From positions 32,001-96,000 of the forward strand of contig CBDUPA010000022.1 of the NCBI GenBank assembly GCA_965368975.1: a stretch of DNA of 64,000 nucleotides, read 5' to 3'. The translations under genes were made by a program, and so were the position numbers. Source of the DNA: an uncultured bacterium. Its GTDB lineage: Bacteria > Acidobacteriota > Thermoanaerobaculia > Multivoradales > JAHZIX01. A model generated the notes under the pieces. That model had not been told where the DNA came from. It saw only the letters and a list, made by a program, of their open reading frames with translations, and did not search any database. Every line of letters begins with the position of its first letter. Within the stretch, counting starts at the first letter, position 1. This document shows positions 1 to 12,503 of this stretch, piece after piece.

Positions 1-473
1 CCGCGGTCGCCGGCCTTCAGCACCTCGGCGCACGCGACGCCCTCGGGGTAGCGCAGCTCTTTCTGCTCGATGATCATCGGCCGCCGTAGCGGGATCATCA
101 TCACCACGCCCATCACGCCGCCGGCGGCGGCGATCAGCGTCGTTTCCCAGTAGTTGAACGTGTCCCACAGGTTGAGCAGGACGATCGCCGGCACCGTGAA
201 GATGATGCCGGCGGCCAGGGACTCGCCGGAACTGGCGATGGTGTGCACAATGTTGTTCTCGAGAATCGTGCCGCGCTTCAGGATGCCGCGCAGGACGCCC
301 ATCGAGATCACCGACGCAGGGATGGCGGCCGATACGGTCATGCCGGCGTACAGGCCGACATAGATGTTGGCCGCACACATGATCAGGCTGAGCACGAGGC
401 CCAAGAAGATCGCTTGGAACGTCAACTCGGGCAGATTCTTCTCCGCCGGAACATAGGGCTGGATTTCAGGCAT
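1..473 (-). CDS. OPT family oligopeptide transporter (N-terminal part; runs off the window start)
   Basis: Own translation from ATG at 473: MPEIQPYVPAEKNLPELTFQAIFLG...AANIYVGLYAGMTVSAAIPA...ENNIVHTIASSGESLAAG...YPEGVACAEVL, typical OPT/YSL motifs. Not in the ORF track because its stop lies outside the window. Confidence 0.9.
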   Translation of the reverse strand, partial: MPEIQPYVPAEKNLPELTFQAIFLGLVLSLIMCAANIYVGLYAGMTVSAAIPASVISMGVLRGILKRGTILENNIVHTIASSGESLAAGIIFTVPAIVLLNLWDTFNYWETTLIAAAGGVMGVVMMIPLRRPMIIEQKELRYPEGVACAEVLKAGDR

Positions 474-571
474 ACGAGTCCCCAGAGTTAGGTAGGTTCA
501 ATTTGAGCAAGGCTGACGCAGAAGTATAGCCAATCGCCTGGGTCCACACCAATTGCGGTACAGTCCAAGAT

Positions 572-1935
572 ATGGACCGTGTTTCCCGTGCCTTGGCTCG
601 GCGGCAGCCGGCGGCTCGTTGGGACCTGTGGTTGCCGCTGGCCGGTGCGCTGATCACCGTTGCGTTGTTGGTGCTGGCGGTGCTGGCGGATCAGGCGTTG
701 CGGCAGCGTCGAGACCTCGCCCTCGATGGCGCCTTCCTGCGCCTCGCGCACCGCCTGGAGATCGAGTTGCGTGAGACACCGCCCGCCGAGGCTAGTCCCG
801 TGCTCGATCGCTTTCTCCGAGAGTCGCAGGAAGACGCCGAAGCGCCGACGTACAACCTGGTACAGGCCCTGGCTCTGCTGGACGGCCAAGGACTCGCGAC
901 GCACAGGGCAGGCCCTCTGGACGCAGCCGCAACCCGGCACGACGAGCCCGGGCGCGACATCCTGTTGTTTCTGGGGCGCTTGTGGGCTCTGGAACGACTC
1001 GGCCAGGGTGCCAGCGAGGGACATCAACTCCTGCCGCCGGCCAGACGTGGACTGGGGCAAGGAGGGCTGGTTCAGCTTGGCCACCCGGCTGTGCGTACCC
1101 TGCGCGTGATCGAGACGGCAGCGGCCCGCGGACGCCCGCTCAGTGAACTGTTGCTGCTGCCGGCTGCCGCGGTGGCCAGTGCCGCGGTCCTGGCTCTCGC
1201 CGTCCTTGGGGGGCGGCTGCTGCGACGCCAACAAGAGGTTGCACGGCAGGAAGCATCCCGACGGCGGCTGGAAGGGCTCGGACGCGCTGGCGCCGGACTG
1301 GCGCACCAGCTGCGCACACCCCTGGCGACCCTGAAGGGGACCTGCCAATTGCTCGCCGAAGATCTCCAGGAGGTCGATACCGAGCGTCAGGAGCTTCGCC
1401 TACAGCGTGTCCTGGGGGAAGTGGATCGCATGGAAGCGCTGCTCGGTCAGTTGCTCGACTACGCTCGGCCTCCAGCACCCGAAGCGCGCGACTTCGAGCT
1501 GAAGCCTCTGTGCGACCGGATCGTCGAGGCGGAACTCGACGGTGAGACTGTGAGGGTCGACGTGCCCGCGGGCTTGCAGGTGTGCGCGGATCCGCAGCAT
1601 GTGCGGCAGATTCTGGACAACTTGCTGCAGAATGCGATGCAGGCGGTGGCTCTGCGTGCCTCGATGGCTTCGACGAGGGGGACTCGCGGAGTCGAGCTGG
1701 CGGCACGGCGGGTGGCGGGAGGGGTCGAGATTCGTATCGCGGACGCGGGCGACGGGCCGGGGGACGACCCCGAACATCTCTTCGAGCCCTACGTCACCGG
1801 GCGCGCTGCCGGCACAGGGCTCGGCCTACCGATCGCGCGGGCCCTGGCCGAGGCGAACGGTGGCAGTCTGCATCTGCAGTCTCGGGAAGAAGGTGGCACC
1901 GTGGCCGTGCTGATGCTGCCGGCGGGAGAGGCGTG

Positions 1936-1936
<1 letters not shown>
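572..1936 (+). CDS. Membrane sensor histidine kinase (NtrB/ZraS-like)
   Basis: Two TM segments, H-box [10 protein letters not shown]-box NLLQNA, G-boxes DAGDG and GTGLGL. Confidence 0.9.
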
Positions 1937-3269
<1,333 letters not shown>

Positions 3270-3273
<4 letters not shown>

Positions 3274-4139
3274 TCACCCAGCTGTCGCTGGAAGGCTGCC
3301 AGGTGGTTCTGCGTGGCGAAGATCAAGCGGTCGAAGACGGCTCTGAAGTCCGCGTCGTCCGTGTAGGTGTGAGATGACCGCAGGTCCGCGAGATCCATCT
3401 CCTCGATCACCACGCCGACTTTCAGCGCCTCGGTCGGGGAGACTTTGCCGCGGGCCACCAGGTCGGTGTAGAGCGCCGCGAGTTCAGGATCCTGGAAGAC
3501 ACCCTCGGTATCGTCGACGATCGGGTCGACCAGGCCGTAGCGCTCGACCAGCAGGCCGACCAGTTCCATGTGATGGACTTCAGAGCCGGCGATGCGGTGG
3601 AAGACTCGCAGGTTCCAGGTGCGTCCGAGTTCGCGGTACACGTCGCGGGCCAGCTTCTCTTCTTCCCGGTTGCGCAGAACCGCTGCCGTTTCCGTGACGT
3701 CCGGGGTGCCGATCGGCAGCTCGGCGAGTTCGCTCAGGACGGTCCGGGTGCAGCCGCCTCGTCCGCCACCGCCTCCGACGCCTGGGCCGCGGCCCGGTCC
3801 GCGGAACTGGCGAACGCCAGGAGCATTCGTACCCGGGCCGGCATTCGGGCCGTTGCCCGTCGGGTCACTGCCGTTCGGATTCGGGTTCGGGCAATTGGGG
3901 CAGGTTCCCGGGGCGTTGGGGCACTCCCCCGTGCCGTCACCCGGTGTCCCCGTCGGGTTGTTCGGACAGTCGCCCGTGCCGGGGCCATTGCCCGGGCCCG
4001 GACCGTTACCAGGGCCGCGCTGCGGGTTGTCGGCGCACGGCGGGTTGTCGCAGTTGGGGCCGGGGCCGGAACCCTGCTGAGCGGTGACGGGCAGCACGAG
4101 CAGTGCGAGGATCGCTGGGACGATGAAGATGCGTGACAT
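3270..4139 (-). CDS. Secreted DUF2202 (ferritin-like) protein with a Gly/Pro/Asn/Cys-rich N-terminal region
   Basis: Signal peptide [20 protein letters not shown]; C-terminal [10 protein letters not shown]...SEVHH...IEEMDL...NHLAAF ferritin-like motifs. Confidence 0.75.
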
Positions 4140-4196
4140 GGCGGGTCTCCGTTTCAATCGAGCCGGCGAGCCCATCTCGCGGCCAACTGTCTAGAG

Positions 4197-4212
4197 AGCA
4201 GCAATCGTGCCA
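4197..4212 (-). promoter_or_regulatory. Sigma54 -24/-12 promoter of the DUF2202 gene
   Basis: Minus strand reads TGGCACGATTGCTGCT (GG-N10-GC), about 57 bp upstream of the ATG at 4139. Confidence 0.75.
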
Positions 4213-4305
4213 GATGAGTTCTTGAGGGTTGTAGGCGGAAGCTCTTTTTTCTTATGGACTTACGGGAGGATGGAGATAGGTCTCTTGCTGGCAGTAGCTG
4301 CGGAA

Positions 4306-4341
4306 CTGCAGAGTTTGCAGGAGGCCCTGCAAGGATTGCAG
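4306..4341. promoter_or_regulatory. Twin palindromic enhancer (UAS) sites CTGCA-N5-TGCAG
   Basis: CTGCAGAGTTTGCAG (4306-4320) and CTGCAAGGATTGCAG (4327-4341), centres 21 bp apart, about 100-130 bp upstream of the sigma54 promoter. Confidence 0.65.
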
Positions 4342-4430
4342 ATCCACGGTGTGCGGTCATTGCCGGGTTGTTGTCCGAGAAACTGTCCGAGATGGGTCGA
4401 AGATGAGGGCCCAATCGCTGGTTCGAACAG

Positions 4431-5354
4431 CTATTCGATTTCACGGCTCTTGCTACCGTCGTGCTGCGGCGAGTCCCATGGCTGCAGCCATTGGTACAGC
4501 CAGTCCCGCGCCTCCCGGCTCAACGCTGGGTAGGCGGGGGCCAGCAAGGTTGCCAAGTTGATACCCTTCAGCTCGACGGGGCCAGGTCCCAGCTGGCGCA
4601 GGACGGCGTCCGGCACGGTGGATTCTTGCCACTCGGCGGCAGGGCGATCGGAGAGAGGCTCGGACCCTTCGAAGAAGGTTGCCACCGAGGCACATTGAGA
4701 TAGAGGCTCGGCTGTGGCCACGGCTTCCTGTGCCGGCTCGCCGGTGCTGCCCCGCAGCTTCCTCAGGTTGGCCAGCAGTTGTTCCTGAGTGCGGCCGCGC
4801 CAAGTGAAGATCAGGAAGGGGTTCTCGTCGAAGGCCTCCGCCAGGATGTAGTAGGTGGCGGCGATGTGCTTGCAGGGGTTGGCCCAGTCCGGGCAGGAGC
4901 ACTCGGTATCCAGATCCGCGTTGGAGCCGGGGAAGAGGTCGAGGCCACAGATCTCGAAGGCCTCTTCGATCTCCTGTGGCATCTCTCCGACGAGGAGTTT
5001 GGCTAGGAACAAGGCTTGCTGCGCCAGGACTGTTTCCACCCTGGTCCAGTCTTTCGAACGCAGTGGCCAGAGGTGGATCTCGACCTCGTAGGGCCTGGAC
5101 CTCGAGCCCTGGACCGCCGCGGTCACCATGCCCGGCTGTACCTGAAGGTCTATGACCTGTCCCTTGCGGGCGTACGTGCGCCCCCGTCCCAGGCGGGAGC
5201 CCATGTCGAACGATTCCAGTACCTCCACGAAGCGCTGAGACCACCAGGTTTCGCCGATAACTCCCCGCTGGCTCCTTGCCGAAATGCCCCCTGGAGCCGG
5301 GCGCGGACGTGTCTTGGGATAGTAGCTGGCAGATCGTCTGCGGCGGCGGCTCAT
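4431..5354 (-). CDS. SWIM zinc-finger protein (SNF2 partner)
   Basis: WWSQRF...RLGRGRTYARKG and SWIM motif CSCPDWANPCKHIAA. ATG at 5354 overlaps the SNF2 stop (ATGA). Confidence 0.88.
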   Translation of the reverse strand: MSRRRRRSASYYPKTRPRPAPGGISARSQRGVIGETWWSQRFVEVLESFDMGSRLGRGRTYARKGQVIDLQVQPGMVTAAVQGSRSRPYEVEIHLWPLRSKDWTRVETVLAQQALFLAKLLVGEMPQEIEEAFEICGLDLFPGSNADLDTECSCPDWANPCKHIAATYYILAEAFDENPFLIFTWRGRTQEQLLANLRKLRGSTGEPAQEAVATAEPLSQCASVATFFEGSEPLSDRPAAEWQESTVPDAVLRQLGPGPVELKGINLATLLAPAYPALSREARDWLYQWLQPWDSPQHDGSKSREIE

Positions 5355-8300
5355 GCTTCCTCCTCGGCCAGTGTGTCGGCGGAGAGCTCGATCACGGTGC
5401 GCAGCTCCTCCGTGGACAGCTCGGTCAGCCAACCTTCGCCGGCACCGACAACCTGCTCGGCCAGGGCCTTCTTGGTCTCGATCATCTGGTCGATCCGTTC
5501 TTCCAGGGTGCCCATGCACACCAGCTTGCGCACTTGTACGGTCTGTTTCTGCCCGATCCGGAAGGCGCGGTCGGTTGCCTGGTCTTCGACCGCGGGATTC
5601 CACCAGCGGTCGAAGTGGATGACGTGGCTCGCTGCCGTGAGATTGAGACCAGTGCCCCCGGCCTTGATCGAGAGCAGGAAGATCGGCGGTCCGTCCTCGC
5701 CCTGGAATCGTTCCACCATCCGGTCGCGCTCTTTCTTGCTGGTGCCGCCGTAGAGGAAGAGCACCTCGCGCCCGAAGCGCTGCTGCAAGTGCTCGCGCAG
5801 CAGGTGCCCCATTTGTGCGAACTGTGTGAACACCAAGGCACGGTCGCCTTCCGCCAGCACTTCCTCCAGAATCTCTTCCAGTCGGGTCAGCTTGAAGGAG
5901 CGGCCGTCGAGGGCGGAGCGGTCCTGCAGCAGTTGGGCAGGATGGTTGCATACCTGCTTGAGCTTGAGCATGGTGGCCAGCACGAGCCCCCTGCGTTCCA
6001 TACCGCTGGCGGATGCGATCTTCTCCAGCATGTCGTCCACCACCGCCTGGTAGAGCGTTGCCTGCTCGCGCGTCAGGTTGCAGGGCACCTTGATCTCCAG
6101 TTTTTCTGGCAGATCACGGAGGATGCGCTTGTCCGTCTTCAGCCGCCGCAAGATGAAGGGACCACAGAGTCGCCGCAACAACGCCGCCCGGTCGGGGTCG
6201 TGGTAGCGCTCCACCGGCACGGCGAAACGCTGGCGGAAGTCTCGCTGCGAACCGAGCAGTCCCGGGTTCAGGAATTGCATGATCGACCACAGCTCGCTCA
6301 GCCGGTTCTCGACCGGAGTGCCGGTCAGAGCCACTCGCCGGGACGCGCGGAAGCTGCGCACCGCTTGGGTCTGGCGCGCGGCGCTGTTCTTGATGTTCTG
6401 GGCTTCGTCGAGCACCAGCCGGTGCCACGTCAGTTCCGCGAGATGGTCACGGTCGCGAGCCACCAGCGCGTACGTGGTGATCACCAGGTCCGTCTTCGCG
6501 ACCTGGTCCGCGAGATCGCGGTCGTTCAGTCGGCCGGAGCCGTGGTGCACGTAGACGACCAGGTGAGGAGCGAAGCGGGCGGCCTCCCGCTGCCAGTTGC
6601 CGGCCACGGACATCGGACAGACCAGGAGCGTCGGCCCCACGGGTGCGTGCTTGCGCTGCGCCGGCAGCCGCTCGCGGACCAGCAGCGCGAGAAGCTGAAT
6701 GGTCTTGCCCAGGCCCATGTCGTCCGCCAGGCAGGCGCCGAGTCCGTGGTCTCCCAGGAAGGCCAGCCACGACAGGCCGCGTTGTTGGTAGGGCCGCAGC
6801 TTGCCCTTGAACCCCGCCGGCGTCTTGCACGCTCGTGGGCGGGACCGCCCGGTCAGCAGCTCACCGAGCTGGCCCTCGGCCTCTAGCGCCACCACCGGCA
6901 GGCCGGCCGGCGAGGGGGCGGCGCCCAAGCCCAGGCGCAGCAAGTCCACCGTGGTCGCCTGTCCTCCGCCGGCCTGCTGCTCCAGGAAGCGCAGTGCCTG
7001 CCCGATTTCGTCGGGTTTCACCTCGACCCAATGCCCACGTGTCCTGACCAGCGGTACCTTGAGAGCCGCGAGGTGTCGCAGCTCATCCAGGGACAGCTCC
7101 TCGTCGCCGAGCGCCACGGACCACTCGAAAGTACATATCCCTTGCTCGGTGAGCAGCCCAGAGGAGGTGCTGCTGTCACTGCTCGACTGAGCCCGCACCT
7201 TCATGCCCAGGCGGGCGTCCGGCTTCTTCCACCATGGCGGCACCAGCACGCCGAAGCCCGCCTGTTCGAGCAGCGGCGCGCCCTCGCTCAGAAAGCGCCA
7301 TGCCTCCTGTGTGGCAAGGGTCAGCGCGGATGGCTGTGCAGTGTGCAACGCGGTTTCCAGCTCCGGATACAGTCGACTTGCCCGCCCCAGCTCTGCGAGC
7401 AGGTACTCCTGAGGATTGTGCAACTGGCGTTCGAGGATGGTCAGGGCTCCGCGGCTGGTTTCCCAGACCCGCTCTACCGGAACCACCAGGCTCGGGTCGT
7501 GCCGTGCCTGCAACAGGAAGTCCACCTGCCAGTGGACGTCTGTCGCACTCGCTTCGTCGTGGTCTTCGTCCGGTGGACTGAGCCGGAAGCAGCAACGGAA
7601 AGGACCACTCGCACGTAGCGGTGCCGGGTTCAGCCAGGTGTCCAGCTGCCGGTGCAGGCGCTCGAGATCCGCGTCCTCGCCGTCTTCCAGAATGCCGTCC
7701 GGCGTCACCAGCGCTTCCAGCCAGGCTTCCACGGCGGGCACAGTCTTGGGCCGCCTGCCACGGCGCGCGGGCGCCAGTCGTTGTCCGGTCAATCCCTCGC
7801 GCGCCAGGCCGTCGACCAGCGCCGCCAGGAGGTCTTCCAGGATCTTGGTAGCGACAGGCAGCGGTATCTCGCCCCAACCCGCCGCGCGTATCTGCTGCTC
7901 CGGCTGCGAAAGGTCGGGTTCTAGCAACGCTCGGCCCAACGCCGGCAAGGCTTGGGACAATCGGTCCAGGCGATCCAGACAGTTTTCCTGCCACTGCCAG
8001 GGACGCCAGCAGGCCATCCAGTCTTCACCCCGTAGCTCGAGCGTCGGGGCCACCTGGCCTTGGGCCACTCCCTCCAGCGCCAACAGCGCCACCTCCGCCA
8101 GCACCCCCAACTCAGCGCCGAGCCTTGAGACTTCTAGCCCCTGCGGAGACGGATTCTCCACCGGCAGGGCGAGCAGGAACGCGAGTGCCCGGTCTGGCCG
8201 CAGGGCGAGCGCTGGCACCGTCCAGGGCGCCAAGCCGATGGCTTCTGCCTGCGCGCTGCCGTCACCGCGCAGGAGACGAGGAGAAGAGCACGGCCCCGCC

Positions 8301-8542
8301 TGGTGTGCTGGTAGCAGCAGGGTCGCCTCAGCTAGTAGATCTTCCGGTTGTGGTGGGAAATCCAGAGCTCGCAGGGCTTCTTCCAGGGTATCCGTGCCGC
8401 AGGCAAAGGGATGCGGCCGTGGTGCGACGGCGCCGGAGCGTTCGCCAGGAGTTGACGGCCCAGTGAACGGCAGCTGTGAATCCTCACCCCAGAGCAGCAA
8501 CTCTCCGAGTCTGAGAGACCAATTGGCGTGCAAGACCCGCAT
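5351..8542 (-). CDS. SNF2-family DEAD/DEAH helicase-like ATPase
   Basis: LRPYQ, LADDMGLGKT, LDEAQ, TGTPVEN, LRRLK, DRWWNPAVEDQATDRAFRIGQ. Confidence 0.95.
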   Translation of the reverse strand: MRVLHANWSLRLGELLLWGEDSQLPFTGPSTPGERSGAVAPRPHPFACGTDTLEEALRALDFPPQPEDLLAEATLLLPAHQAGPCSSPRLLRGDGSAQAEAIGLAPWTVPALALRPDRALAFLLALPVENPSPQGLEVSRLGAELGVLAEVALLALEGVAQGQVAPTLELRGEDWMACWRPWQWQENCLDRLDRLSQALPALGRALLEPDLSQPEQQIRAAGWGEIPLPVATKILEDLLAALVDGLAREGLTGQRLAPARRGRRPKTVPAVEAWLEALVTPDGILEDGEDADLERLHRQLDTWLNPAPLRASGPFRCCFRLSPPDEDHDEASATDVHWQVDFLLQARHDPSLVVPVERVWETSRGALTILERQLHNPQEYLLAELGRASRLYPELETALHTAQPSALTLATQEAWRFLSEGAPLLEQAGFGVLVPPWWKKPDARLGMKVRAQSSSDSSTSSGLLTEQGICTFEWSVALGDEELSLDELRHLAALKVPLVRTRGHWVEVKPDEIGQALRFLEQQAGGGQATTVDLLRLGLGAAPSPAGLPVVALEAEGQLGELLTGRSRPRACKTPAGFKGKLRPYQQRGLSWLAFLGDHGLGACLADDMGLGKTIQLLALLVRERLPAQRKHAPVGPTLLVCPMSVAGNWQREAARFAPHLVVYVHHGSGRLNDRDLADQVAKTDLVITTYALVARDRDHLAELTWHRLVLDEAQNIKNSAARQTQAVRSFRASRRVALTGTPVENRLSELWSIMQFLNPGLLGSQRDFRQRFAVPVERYHDPDRAALLRRLCGPFILRRLKTDKRILRDLPEKLEIKVPCNLTREQATLYQAVVDDMLEKIASASGMERRGLVLATMLKLKQVCNHPAQLLQDRSALDGRSFKLTRLEEILEEVLAEGDRALVFTQFAQMGHLLREHLQQRFGREVLFLYGGTSKKERDRMVERFQGEDGPPIFLLSIKAGGTGLNLTAASHVIHFDRWWNPAVEDQATDRAFRIGQKQTVQVRKLVCMGTLEERIDQMIETKKALAEQVVGAGEGWLTELSTEELRTVIELSADTLAEEEA

Positions 8543-8786
8543 TCCCGGTGCGTCCTTCCGAGCCCACCAGAAGATTTCTCGTCCTGAGTCGAGAAGATTC
8601 TGCTGGCGTTCGGTGTGAGTTCACTGCAGCAAGCAACTGCTTCGTGCGGTTGACATTTCTTCCAGGAGGAGAAGATAACATCATCCTGGCCATCGAGAAA
8701 TTGACACCGGCGGTCAAGTAGGTCGCGAAGTCCGAATGTCAGCGCTCGACCTTGCGCCATCGGCCAGAAGAGCGAGCAGCTCGACA

Positions 8787-10190
8787 TCAGGGGCCTCCCT
8801 TCGACCACTCTTCTACCTTCGCCCAAAGTCGGTTCTCTGCTTTCTCGGCTTTGTCCGGTTCCTCGTTGGATGCTTTGGTTAGGTTAGCGCGCTGGAAGTA
8901 GCGGTGGTGCCCGAGCCAGCACATCGCCTGCGCCGGGATACTGAGTAGCAGAAGCCAGACGACCGGCCTCCAGGAGCCAACATCCGGCAACTGCAGACCA
9001 TGCGCATGAAAACCGCCCACCAAGATGATCAGCGGGAAGGCACTTTCTGCCAGGTCCCGTACCCAAGGGCTGCGGCTCCCGAGCACGGCTGCTTTCCAGA
9101 CCGGAAGCAAGAGTAGGCTCAAAGCGAGCGCCCGAAGGTAGGGCAAGAGCAGGTCCACCTGCAACTCTTGCCCGGCAAGCAGCAGAAAGGCTGCCCAGAA
9201 GAACAACAGCGACAGCAGTGCGCCAAGCGCGTTCATTGATGTTAGCCACAGTCCGTCCACAAATGCGCAGTTTGCCCGCTCGCGTCGTGTGAGCGGATAG
9301 AGCAAGCTCGTCTTGAACTCGAGCCGCCCTACCGAAGCCAAGCTTCCCAGCAAGACTGCCACGAGAAAAACGACCTGCAAGGGCTGCGGTGGCTCCTGGA
9401 AACACAAGCGTGCCGCCCTCTGCCAGGAAGCGGGCTCTGTGTCGTCGATCAGACTGGCCAGGCCCAAGAAGATGAGCGGGGTCAGGAAGGGCATGAGAAA
9501 GTAGCCCTGCCAGCGTCCTGAGCGCTGATTCTCGAAGCGGAGAATGCTCAACCAGTGGCGCAATCTCTCGGGTGTTTCCGTGGTCCGGTGGCGACGGTTG
9601 GCTCGATTCAAGGTCGTGACTGAATGCTCGGTCGCGGTCAAGATGCGCCGCGGTGGTGTCGTTGCGGCAGTGAAATAGCTGAACATGGCGAGGTAGCAGC
9701 AGAACAAACTGAGCCACAACATGTTCATCCAGTCCGCCTGCCAGAGTTGCACTTCTGCCGCGAGTACGAGAACTACGAGCAGGCCGAAGTTTGCGGTCTT
9801 CAGGGTGCGTTGGAATCTGTGTCTGGGGGTGATGTTCGAGCTGAAGCCGAGCCAGAAAGCGCAGAGTTGGGCGACGTATATGTAGAGCGCGGTTAGCAGG
9901 TCTGCCAGGAGAAAGAGCGGCAGCGTCGCGATCAGAAGCAAGAGACTGGACACCCGCAGCACTTGCCAGATGAAGAACCGTTCCGAGGTCGGCAACACCA
10001 AGGTGAAGCTGGATTGGAACACCGTTCGGAGGCTTTCTGCCAGGAAGATCCCATAGAGAGAGGCGCCCAGGACAAGAACGAGACTCGCTACTTTGTCGCT
10101 TAGTCCAAGAAGAATTATGAAGATTGGCCAGATCAAGATGACGCCCAGATCCGGAAGGTACAGGCGCCAAAACAGGGCTTGTCGCTTCAT
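8787..10190 (-). CDS. Multi-pass membrane protein, probable ABC permease
   Basis: Many hydrophobic helices; coupled to the upstream ABC ATPase by an ATGA overlap. Confidence 0.65.
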   Translation of the reverse strand: MKRQALFWRLYLPDLGVILIWPIFIILLGLSDKVASLVLVLGASLYGIFLAESLRTVFQSSFTLVLPTSERFFIWQVLRVSSLLLLIATLPLFLLADLLTALYIYVAQLCAFWLGFSSNITPRHRFQRTLKTANFGLLVVLVLAAEVQLWQADWMNMLWLSLFCCYLAMFSYFTAATTPPRRILTATEHSVTTLNRANRRHRTTETPERLRHWLSILRFENQRSGRWQGYFLMPFLTPLIFLGLASLIDDTEPASWQRAARLCFQEPPQPLQVVFLVAVLLGSLASVGRLEFKTSLLYPLTRRERANCAFVDGLWLTSMNALGALLSLLFFWAAFLLLAGQELQVDLLLPYLRALALSLLLLPVWKAAVLGSRSPWVRDLAESAFPLIILVGGFHAHGLQLPDVGSWRPVVWLLLLSIPAQAMCWLGHHRYFQRANLTKASNEEPDKAEKAENRLWAKVEEWSKGGP

Positions 10191-11137
10191 GGCGATCCCG
10201 GCAAGTCGACAGGCGTTGCGTTCTCGACGTCGTCTCGATACCTCAGCGGAGAATCGATCAGACCCAGCAAGATCCGTTCGAGCGAGGCAGGACGTTCGAC
10301 GACGTCAACCCGATAGGTCTTCTGGAACCTCTCCAGATCCGCCTTCTCGCGTTGCACCAACAACTGGACCCTTGTGTCTACGCCGTCCTGGTGCACGACA
10401 TACGGCTCCCGAAATCTCTGTATCGGTTTGTTCGAAGACGCGGATCGCGCCACGACCCATTCCACGTAGCGCTCCTGAAGTTCGTCCACCGGCGCGTCCT
10501 CGCGAACGTAGCCGTGCTTCAGGCAAACGACACGATCGATGATCTTCTCGATGTCGTGCAGGCCATGTGACGAGATGACCACCGTCGTTTCCTGCTCGCG
10601 TACCGTCTCGAGCAGATACTCCAGCGTCCGTTCGCGCACAACCGGGTCCATGTGGCTCACCGGTTCGTCGAGCAAGATGAGTTCTGGACGGTGGCACAGC
10701 GCCAGCATCAGTGCCAGCTTCTGTTGATTGCCGCCGGACAGCGTCTCGACCTTCGCGAACAGGTCGAGTTGAAGCTTGGCGCGCAGCTTCTCTTCCAGCT
10801 CGCGATCCCACGTGTTGTAGAAGCCGGCCACATAGTCCAAGTGCTGCTCTACCGTCAGCCAGCCCAGCAGCTGGATCTTCTGATCCAGCGCACCAATGCG
10901 CCGCAGCTGCTCGGCGCCGAGGTCCTGTACGGGCTTGCCCAGCGTGTGCGCAGACCCACCGTCCGGTACGAGCACGCCCGACATGAGGCGCAGTAGCGTC
11001 GTCTTTCCCGCGCCGTTGGCCCCGACTAGGCCGATCACGGAACCGCGCGGTAGCGAGAGGTTGACATCGTTTAGCGCCACCTTGCTGCCAAAGCACTTGA
11101 CGGCGAATTCCATTTCGACCACGGGTTCACGATGCAT
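10187..11137 (-). CDS. ABC transporter ATP-binding protein (YtrB-like), copy 2
   Basis: GANGAGKTT, LSGGNQQK, ILLDEP; GAGGAGG RBS before the ATG at 11137. Confidence 0.9.
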   Translation of the reverse strand: MHREPVVEMEFAVKCFGSKVALNDVNLSLPRGSVIGLVGANGAGKTTLLRLMSGVLVPDGGSAHTLGKPVQDLGAEQLRRIGALDQKIQLLGWLTVEQHLDYVAGFYNTWDRELEEKLRAKLQLDLFAKVETLSGGNQQKLALMLALCHRPELILLDEPVSHMDPVVRERTLEYLLETVREQETTVVISSHGLHDIEKIIDRVVCLKHGYVREDAPVDELQERYVEWVVARSASSNKPIQRFREPYVVHQDGVDTRVQLLVQREKADLERFQKTYRVDVVERPASLERILLGLIDSPLRYRDDVENATPVDLPGSP

Positions 11138-12503
11138 TGCCAACCTCCTCGGGCAGAGTAGGGTTCCGCCGGAGAGAAGCCGCCGCCAGGCGCCAGCCGT
11201 TGCGCAGGAGCAAGCGGGAGCTTCGTATCAGTAGGTACAGAGCCAGGATGAAAGGGAGAAAAGCCAGGATGAAGAAGCTGATCCTGTCGAACCAAAAGAG
11301 AAAGAGATAGGCCCCAACTCTCATGTAGAACAACGCTTGCCCGAAGAAGAAACTCTCGGGATTTACGTAGAAGAAGAGATGGAGGGCGAGCCACGCCAGG
11401 CTGAGGCTGTCCGCGGAGTACGTCTTCGCCAACTCCTGGAGTAGAGGTATCGTCGCGCTGGTCAGGATCACGAAGACCAGGAGGCCGACGGGAAAGGCTG
11501 TCCAGCCCAGGCCTTCTTGTCCTAGCCATAGGAGGCCCAAGAACGTCAGGTTGGAGAGCAGGGCCGACAGCACGAGCGAAATGCTCGCCGCCGCGTCCAT
11601 CGCGTCGTGGGTCTCGCGGGCGACTGGGTAGCGTAGGCTCAGCATCAGCTTGGGGAATCTGAGGCCCGCGAGAGTATTGATAGAGCCGATGGCGAGCGGG
11701 AGCAAGAGCTCCCAACTCGAGTTACTGTGAGCCGCCCAGCCGGAACCCCGATTGAGGAGCAGGAGCAAGCCGGCGAAGATAAACGGTGCGACGGCGAACG
11801 GTAGCCACCAAAACGAGGAGCCAAACTCGAAAAATGCCAGGCGCAGCCAGTGGCGCCACGTGGCCTTGGAAGGGCGCGGTGTGCACAGCATCGGAACTCG
11901 ATGGTAGGGCAGCTCGGTTTTCCGGCGCGAGTTTCGAGAGCGGCCTGCTTCGATCTCTTCACGGAGTTTGGTGCGTCGCAAGGTCCAAAAGAACAACACC
12001 AGCACTGGGATAGAAAAGAGCAATGCCAGCGCTCCCTGTTGCCAAGGTGTCCCCGGGACCGCTTCGAGCGGCGGGCGCTCCGGATCGATGAAGATCGCCG
12101 GGATCATTGCGACGACGATGCGCTTCTCGGCTTGCCGCAGCCAGGAAGCGATCGTCATGCCGCACACCAGCGCCAGCCATTCGAAGCTGACCAGCCAAAA
12201 GGCCGTGCCGACTCCCTGCATCAAGGCGATCAAGACAAAGCTGGGCAGCAGGAAAGCGCAACTGCCCAGGACGGCCTGCCGCCAGATGCGACGCTCGGCG
12301 CGCGGCAGCAGCCACGAGAAGTAAGCGCGACGTACGGTAGTTGTTGCCGCTCCCAGTGCATCGCCTAGCAAGTAGGCGCTGACCAACAAACTCACCTGGA
12401 CTCCCAGAGAGAAGAAGCCCCGCAGCAGTAGCAGCCAGGTCAGAACCTGGAGGCAGAGCGCTATGATCAAGGGGATGAGGACTGATTTCCGCGTTGGCAT
12501 CAT
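11127..12503 (-). CDS. Multi-pass membrane protein, probable ABC permease
   Basis: Many TM helices; lies between two ABC ATPases and overlaps both. Confidence 0.65.
   Translation of the reverse strand: MMPTRKSVLIPLIIALCLQVLTWLLLLRGFFSLGVQVSLLVSAYLLGDALGAATTTVRRAYFSWLLPRAERRIWRQAVLGSCAFLLPSFVLIALMQGVGTAFWLVSFEWLALVCGMTIASWLRQAEKRIVVAMIPAIFIDPERPPLEAVPGTPWQQGALALLFSIPVLVLFFWTLRRTKLREEIEAGRSRNSRRKTELPYHRVPMLCTPRPSKATWRHWLRLAFFEFGSSFWWLPFAVAPFIFAGLLLLLNRGSGWAAHSNSSWELLLPLAIGSINTLAGLRFPKLMLSLRYPVARETHDAMDAAASISLVLSALLSNLTFLGLLWLGQEGLGWTAFPVGLLVFVILTSATIPLLQELAKTYSADSLSLAWLALHLFFYVNPESFFFGQALFYMRVGAYLFLFWFDRISFFILAFLPFILALYLLIRSSRLLLRNGWRLAAASLRRNPTLPEEVGNAS

Noticed and set aside
4431-8542. SNF2/SWIM as a novel defence system
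   Set aside because: A widespread, known gene pair with no accompanying nuclease or methylase.
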